A DNA stretch of 37,294 nt. Source: a virus. A program made the translations under genes and the position numbers. The first letter of the stretch is position 1, and every line of letters begins with the position of its first letter. The stretch lies in the UHGV virus genome UHGV-0366526. One strand, given 5' to 3'. Positions 32,269-37,294 of the stretch are shown piece by piece. Below the pieces are notes generated by a model. That model had not been told where the DNA came from and did not search any database. It saw only the letters and a program-made list of their open reading frames with translations.

Positions 32269-32657
32269 CTTATTGCAACTTTTTTACAATAACTAGCTGA
32301 TTTTTTGCAAACAAAAAGCCAGCCGACCAATGGCTGACTAATGTGGTAGTTAGCACTTTTCCCAAGTAAAGTGCTAATAGTGCCAACAAATAAGGTTGAC
32401 ATTGTGTCTCTGGTGGAGACAGGAACTATCGATAACTGTTTTCCGCCAGTTATCATAGAAAAGGAGAAATTTATTTCAGAAATAAAATCCCCAAGAAAGT
32501 TAATATGATTATATCATGAGTAAATGTATTTGAAAATACTATCTCATAGTACGTATTGTAAAAAGTTTATTTAGTAGAAAATAAAAAAAGCCAGATTGCT
32601 CCGGCTGTGAGAAATATTTTCGACATAGTTATTATACCACAAAAGGAGCGATTTCAC

Positions 32658-33074
32658 TTGATTAAATTGCTAAAAGAAGTAGATTTTCGACAAACAAAAG
32701 CGAATGCTAGAAATGTGTTGAAGAATTTTAGACGTTTAGAGCGAATAGCTGGTCGCTCTTTGATAGATTTAAAATCACCAATTATTACAGATATGCCTAA
32801 AAGCCAAAGTCATGGGAACAAAGCAGAAGATGCGCTAGTACAATTAGCAGATGCAGAAGCAGAAAGAGACGCAATTTTATCTGCGCTTATGGCATTAAGC
32901 CTAACTAGCAGACAAATTTTGCATTATAGTTTCTGTGTGCAGGACCATTACTCTAATTACAAGATAGCTAGGGAAGTTGGATATTCCGAAAGAAGTATTC
33001 AACGAATGAAATCAGAGGCTTTAATTGAATTTGCCGAAGCGTATCGAAATGGAAAAATAATTGCATATAAATAA
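32658..33074 (+). CDS. ArpU-family phage late-transcription regulator
   Basis: TTG 32658 lies 9 nt after AAAGGAG (track ATG 32607 lacks an RBS). The C-terminal ERSIQRMKSEALIEFAEAY is sigma-70 region-4-like. It is the last gene before the packaging module. Confidence 0.65.
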   Translation: MIKLLKEVDFRQTKANARNVLKNFRRLERIAGRSLIDLKSPIITDMPKSQSHGNKAEDALVQLADAEAERDAILSALMALSLTSRQILHYSFCVQDHYSNYKIAREVGYSERSIQRMKSEALIEFAEAYRNGKIIAYK

Positions 33075-33079
33075 AATTT

Positions 33080-33108
33080 TTGGCGGTTTTTTGGCGGAAA
33101 GTTGGCGG
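33080..33108. repeat. Three TTGGCGG repeats phased at 11 bp
   Basis: TTGGCGG at 33080-33086, 33091-33097 and 33102-33108, within 6 bp of the ArpU stop. Spacers are TTTT/AAAG/TTTT. Confidence 0.45.
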
Positions 33109-33452
33109 TTTTTATTAATATTTAGATGTTATTATGGTAGTGTCGAAAGATAAGGAGACGAGGGTAAGGCATGCATTACCTTTCTTAGCTCCGTTTCCTT
33201 TATCTTTTGAGGCTACCTATAAAAAATAAAGAATAAGGATGTGGAAAGTCCAGTTCTTTCTGTCTCGTTTAGTCTAGGTAGCAAATATTGCAATACACTT
33301 GGCATTAAGCTTACACGTAGACGTACGCCGAAAGCACTTGTCAAGATAGCGCTATGTAGTTTGCAATGATCACTCACAAATCAGACGTTCTCAAACTAAA
33401 AGAAATGGGGTGTAATTCCTCTCTCTTTTTTCTACAGGTTTGTGAGTGTTAA

Positions 33453-33524
33453 TGGGATATAGCTTAACTGGTAGAGCAGCGGTCTCCAAAACCGTCGGTA
33501 TAGGTTCGAGTCCTATTGTTCCAG
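33453..33524 (+). tRNA. tRNA-Trp (anticodon CCA)
   Basis: 72-nt cloverleaf. Acceptor TGGGATA/TGTTCCA (U1-A72, two G-U pairs), U8. D-arm GCTT-AACTGGTA-GAGC. Anticodon stem GCGGT/ACCGT with loop CTCCAAA. Variable loop CGGT. T-arm ATAGG-TTCGAGT-CCTAT. Discriminator G, as in bacterial tRNA-Trp. Confidence 0.75.
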
Positions 33525-33695
33525 TAGGTAGCATAGCTACTTAAATAAAAGAATCGTCAATAAATGTTTCTTACTTTAACGATCGGTTCACCTCCTTTCA
33601 GAATTAGCCAGCCTGCGGAAACAGGATAAAGTGGCTAGCAACCTAGTATTGTTAAATAAGTGTTAGATTGGCTAGGCAGTCTAATATAAATCTTT

Positions 33696-33728
33696 AGACT
33701 ACTCAATAAAAATGAGTGGTCTTTTTTT
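33696..33728 (+). terminator. Intrinsic terminator downstream of tRNA-Trp
   Basis: Stem AGACTACTC(33696-33704)/GAGTGGTCT(33714-33722) with a 9-nt loop, then T6. A second 9-bp hairpin AGCCACTAG/CTAGTGGCT at 33740-33767 follows an A6 run. Confidence 0.55.
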
Positions 33729-33889
33729 GTACATAAAAAAGCCACTAGACTATGGGATCTAGTGGCTAGGTAGCATTCGTGCACAATTTTTGTTGATTAC
33801 TATTTACAAAAAGGAGTTGCTACCCATAAATAGTATAGCAAGAAGTGATTTATTGAATCAAGTACATAAAACAACTAGGAGAGAAAAAT

Positions 33890-34120
33890 ATGAAAAGCTA
33901 TTGGTACGTATCGCTAACACATAAATATCCACAGTCGAACCGCTCAACTGTTTCGATGCGTGTTGTAATGTCTGTGCAGATAAAAAAGAATGCATCTATT
34001 GTTGAAATGACGAGAGAAGCCACGCCGAAGGAAATTGATGCGTGCAAGCTAGTTTATTGTGGTTATGGTAGTTGGAAAGATAAGCATATACAAGAGAATA
34101 TAGAAATGTATGTGAAGTGA
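33890..34120 (+). CDS. Hypothetical protein upstream of terminase
   Basis: 76-aa ORF with RBS AGGAGagaaaaatATG. Confidence 0.4.
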   Translation: MKSYWYVSLTHKYPQSNRSTVSMRVVMSVQIKKNASIVEMTREATPKEIDACKLVYCGYGSWKDKHIQENIEMYVK

Positions 34121-34142
34121 TAAATTATTAGACAGAAAGGCG

Positions 34143-34586
34143 GTGAATAACATGCGAATGACCGAGAAACAGAAACGATTTTGTGACTTTTACATCGAGA
34201 CAGGAAATGCCAAAGAGGCTGCTATCAGAGCGGGATATAGCGAAAAGACTGCAAAGCAGATAGGACAGGAAAACTTGACTAAACCTGACCTCAGAGCTTA
34301 TATAGACGAACGCCTCGCAGAACTGAAAAACGAACGAACAGCCGATGCCCAAGAGGTGCTAGAGTACCTAACAGCTGTTATGCGTGGCGAGTACAAAGAA
34401 GCAACGCTAATTGGTGTAGGCGAAGGCGCACAAGCCGTTGTAGACATCGATGTGGGCGCAAAAGACCGTTTAAAAGCAGCCGAGCTTCTTGGTAAACGTC
34501 ATGCGCTGTTCACTGATAAAGTCGATTTACAAACGGGCGATATTGTGATTAAGGTTGGTGAGTGGGATGCAGACGAAGAAACGTAA
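34143..34586 (+). CDS. terS: Terminase small subunit
   Basis: MTEKQKRFCDFYIETGNAKEAAIRAGYSEKTAKQIGQENLTKPDL is the Terminase_2-type N-terminal HTH. Confidence 0.8.
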   Translation: MNNMRMTEKQKRFCDFYIETGNAKEAAIRAGYSEKTAKQIGQENLTKPDLRAYIDERLAELKNERTADAQEVLEYLTAVMRGEYKEATLIGVGEGAQAVVDIDVGAKDRLKAAELLGKRHALFTDKVDLQTGDIVIKVGEWDADEET

Positions 34587-35850
34587 TATCGTTTTAGAGT
34601 TTAACTTCCCGTCAAGAGTTTTTAACAAATCGTTTTATGATCGATTGGTGGATTATTCTAAATTCACCGAGGTTTATTGGGGCGGCGCTTCATCTGGCAA
34701 AAGTCACGGTGTCGTTCAAAAGGTTGTTTTTAAAGCATGTCAAAGATGGAAGAAACCAAGAAAGATTTTATTTACAAGAAAAGTAGGGCGTAGCTTAAAA
34801 GACTCTATTTTCGAGGATGTGAAAGCGTGTCTTTCTGATTGGGGACTGCTAGACAAGTGTAAAGTAAATAACACTGATTTTAGAATCACGTTACCAAACG
34901 GCGCAGAGTTTCTTTTCAAGGGAATGGATGACCCAGAGAAAATAAAATCCATCAAAGGGCTGTCTGACGTCGTGATGGAAGAAGCAACAGAATTTACACT
35001 AGAAGATTATACACAGCTTACTTTGCGTTTACGTGAACGTAAGCATGTGAAACGTCAAATCTTTTTAATGTTTAACCCAGTTTCTAAACTGAACTGGGTA
35101 TATAAATCTTTCTTTGATGAGGAAGCAGAAGTCGATCAACGAAGAACGGGTATTTATCACAGCACCTATAAAGACAATCGGTTTCTTGATAGTGAAAATA
35201 AAAAGGTGATTGAGGATTTAGCCAAACGAAACCCAGCGTATTATCGCATATATGCTTTAGGAGAATTTGCTACGCTAGATAAACTTGTATTTCCAAACTA
35301 TCAGAGAAAACGATTAGACAAGCACGACGAACTGTTAAGACAGATTGATTCAGATTTTGGCTTAGACTTTGGGTATGTAAACGACCCTTCCGCTTTTGTG
35401 CATGCAAAGGTAGACGAGAAGAACAAACGTATTTATGTTCTTGAAGAATACGTCAAAAAAGGCTTGCTGAATGATGAAATCTCAACGGTTATTAAAGATT
35501 TAGGCTATGCAAAAGAAGTTATCACTGCAGATTCAGCTGAAAAGAAATCTATTGCAGAAATCAAGAAGAACGGAATTACTAGAATACGTGCAGCTAAGAA
35601 AGGCCCTGATTCAATACGACAGGGGCTTTCTTTTTTATTGCAATATGAGCTAATCGTAGACGATCGTTGCGTAAAACTGATTGAGGAATTAGAAAACTAC
35701 ACATGGGCTAAAGACAAGAAAACAGGGGAGTACACCAATGAACCTATTGATAGCTATAATCACGTGATAGATGCTTTACGATACGCAGTAGAACATCGTA
35801 GTAAAAAAGCACGAGGAATTAAGCTACAGAGCGTGAAGGGGGTTATTTAA
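34567..35850 (+). CDS. terL: Terminase large subunit (PBSX/SPP1-type)
   Basis: Walker A-like YWGGASSGKSHGV, then a nuclease domain. Track start is TTG 34555; ATG is at 34567. Overlaps terS. Confidence 0.85.
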   Translation: MQTKKRNIVLEFNFPSRVFNKSFYDRLVDYSKFTEVYWGGASSGKSHGVVQKVVFKACQRWKKPRKILFTRKVGRSLKDSIFEDVKACLSDWGLLDKCKVNNTDFRITLPNGAEFLFKGMDDPEKIKSIKGLSDVVMEEATEFTLEDYTQLTLRLRERKHVKRQIFLMFNPVSKLNWVYKSFFDEEAEVDQRRTGIYHSTYKDNRFLDSENKKVIEDLAKRNPAYYRIYALGEFATLDKLVFPNYQRKRLDKHDELLRQIDSDFGLDFGYVNDPSAFVHAKVDEKNKRIYVLEEYVKKGLLNDEISTVIKDLGYAKEVITADSAEKKSIAEIKKNGITRIRAAKKGPDSIRQGLSFLLQYELIVDDRCVKLIEELENYTWAKDKKTGEYTNEPIDSYNHVIDALRYAVEHRSKKARGIKLQSVKGVI

Positions 35851-37294
35851 TGACAGAAAAAGTAAGTAGACCAAATACTGAAAGTAAAATACGTGAATTC
35901 GTTGACCTTTTAGGAAATCGTGTCTTTTATTGTGATAAAAACGCAAAGATTGACGAACGCTTGGTGGATAAATACATTAATAAGCATCGGAAATTAATTG
36001 GGTTTTACGAAGAATTAGAAAAGCTCTACAACGGTCAACATGATATTTATTATCAAAAAAATAAAGGAATTGGAAAACCTGACCATCGAATTGCAGTCAA
36101 CTTTGCCCGTTATGTTGTAGACAGTTCTGCAGCTTTCTTTAACGGTAAACCAACAAAGATTACTCATCCAGATGGTGAGGTAAAAGAATTTGTTCAAGAT
36201 TTCCGTAAACGAAACGACGAAGAAGACAACGACGCGGAGCTTTCTAAGCTAACTGCTATTTATGGACATGCTTATAAGCTTTTATATCAAAACGAAGAAG
36301 CGGAAACGTGTGTAACTTATTTAAAACCTACACAAGGATTCATTGTTTACGCAGATGACTTATTAAAAGCGCCTATGTTTGCGGTTCTTTACAACAAAAT
36401 GACAAGGGACGAGTTAACGGCAACTGTTTATCCACAAAATAGCACAGAAACGTTTATTTTTACACAAGACAAGACTTCTAAACGATTGGAAACTAAGAGA
36501 GGACCAACCGTTTTTCAGAAAGCCTTGTCTTATTTATTAGGTGGAAAAGAGGCAATCGCTAATCCGTACGGTGAAGTGCCTATGATTGAGTTTATGGAAA
36601 ATGACGAACGACAAGGACGTATTGAGTCTGTGTGGTCGCTGATTAATAATTACAACGAAGCTCTATCAGAAAAAGCGAACGACGTGAGTTATTTTGCGGA
36701 TGCCTACTTAAAAATGATAGGGGTAGATTTAGCTGACGAAAACGTCGCTTCCTATTTACGTGATAACCGAGTGATTAATAGTGCTGAGCCTTTAAATGAA
36801 GGCGAATCGGTAGATATTAATTTTTTAGATAAACCTAGTTCAGATACAACACAAGAAAATCTATTAGACCGATTAGAGCGGTTAATTTATCAAATGTCTA
36901 TGACTTATAATGCAAACGATGAAAGTTTTAGCAATAACGCTTCTGGGATTTCGCTAGAATTTAAAATGCAAAATCCTAGGAATTTAGCACAAGCGAAAGC
37001 TAGGAAGTTTAAAAAAGCATATGCGCAAATGTACAAAATGATTTTTTCATTGCCTACGAATGTACCTGCCAATAAAGCTAAGGAATGGTTTAATTTAGAA
37101 TACACTTTTGACTTTAATATTCCGCGCAATATTAAAGACGAAGCGGAAACTGCACAAAAACTTGAAGGGATTGTTTCAAGAGAAACGCAATTAGGCGTAT
37201 TATCGATTGTTCCTGACGTAACTCAAGAAATGGAACGTATAAAGGACGAAGAAACGGAAGAACGTTTAAATCCACAAGTTGATTTCGGTAAATT
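35850..37294 (+). CDS. Portal protein (SPP1 gp6-like), 3' end runs off the window and apparently continues at 1..40
   Basis: ATG at 35850 overlaps the terL stop (TAATG). The frame stays open through 37294 (481 codons plus 2 nt). Joining to position 1 gives an in-frame ...FTRTTEEVTEEHE-stop ending at 40, overlapping the gp7-like gene start at 33. Confidence 0.8.
   Translation, partial: MTEKVSRPNTESKIREFVDLLGNRVFYCDKNAKIDERLVDKYINKHRKLIGFYEELEKLYNGQHDIYYQKNKGIGKPDHRIAVNFARYVVDSSAAFFNGKPTKITHPDGEVKEFVQDFRKRNDEEDNDAELSKLTAIYGHAYKLLYQNEEAETCVTYLKPTQGFIVYADDLLKAPMFAVLYNKMTRDELTATVYPQNSTETFIFTQDKTSKRLETKRGPTVFQKALSYLLGGKEAIANPYGEVPMIEFMENDERQGRIESVWSLINNYNEALSEKANDVSYFADAYLKMIGVDLADENVASYLRDNRVINSAEPLNEGESVDINFLDKPSSDTTQENLLDRLERLIYQMSMTYNANDESFSNNASGISLEFKMQNPRNLAQAKARKFKKAYAQMYKMIFSLPTNVPANKAKEWFNLEYTFDFNIPRNIKDEAETAQKLEGIVSRETQLGVLSIVPDVTQEMERIKDEETEERLNPQVDFGK

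Noticed and set aside
32265-32456. 63-aa minus-strand ORF in the ArpU upstream region
   Set aside because: It is filled with plus-strand hairpins (TTAGCACTT/AAGTGCTAA and TGTCTC/GAGACA) and has no RBS. It is more likely a structured non-coding leader.
33525-33776. 10-bp direct repeat TAGGTAGCAT at the tRNA-Trp 3' end (33525-33534) and at 33767-33776, as possible att-core duplication
   Set aside because: 10-mers recur by chance hundreds of times in 37 kb of AT-rich DNA. The flanked 230 bp carries only terminator hairpins. This is kept only as a note.

Overview
This window reads as a near-complete genome of a temperate siphovirus from a low-GC Gram-positive (Firmicutes) host. The gene content is Enterococcus/Listeria-phage-like, but no search was run. 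The window begins inside the morphogenesis module just after the portal gene and ends inside the portal gene, and the two ends join in frame, so the sequence looks circularly permuted.

Reading left to right, the organisation is:
- Structural genes: head morphogenesis, scaffold, major capsid, head-tail connectors, major tail protein with an Ig-like ORF, a G/GT-type tail chaperone pair in a -1 frame relationship, and a 1.49-kaa tape measure protein.
- Tail tip and lysis: Dit, Tal, tail tip and fibre ORFs, an XkdX-like peptide, holin, and a signal-peptide amidase endolysin with SH3b-like repeats.
- An AT-rich accessory ('moron') region at 15.5-18.5 kb.
- Lysogeny module: tyrosine integrase, lipoprotein, ImmA-like metalloprotease, cI-like and cro-like regulators, and a Rha antirepressor.
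- Recombination and replication: YqaJ exonuclease, RecT, a DnaD-like replisome organiser with internal iterons, MazG, and RusA.
- A small methyltransferase, YopX, and many small ORFs.
- An ArpU-family late regulator, a tRNA-Trp, terminase small and large subunits, and the portal.

The accessory region is the most unusual part. It contains four tandem consensus-promoter/hairpin/terminator mini-units with no ORFs, which I treat as candidate small RNAs. It also carries a divergently oriented two-gene operon on the minus strand that encodes a ThsB-like TIR-like protein and a 142-aa two-transmembrane protein resembling DUF4231/SLATT. I interpret this as a candidate Thoeris-like abortive-infection defence cassette. 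A tRNA-Met(CAT) sits next to it, and paired TGACCATACT repeats lie beside the integrase.

Other points of note:
- A roughly 45-bp element is duplicated at the 3' ends of the capsid and major-tail genes. The two copies differ almost only at third codon positions, which argues for a translated -1 frameshift extension of the capsid protein.
- The cI-like and cro-like genes are served by face-to-face promoters with ATCGGAAT-type operator half-sites.
- Three 11-bp-phased TTGGCGG repeats follow the ArpU gene.
- A start-less HTH-like reading frame sits upstream of ORF 28494 and may be frameshifted.
- Several short zinc-ribbon ORFs are absent from the supplied ORF track.
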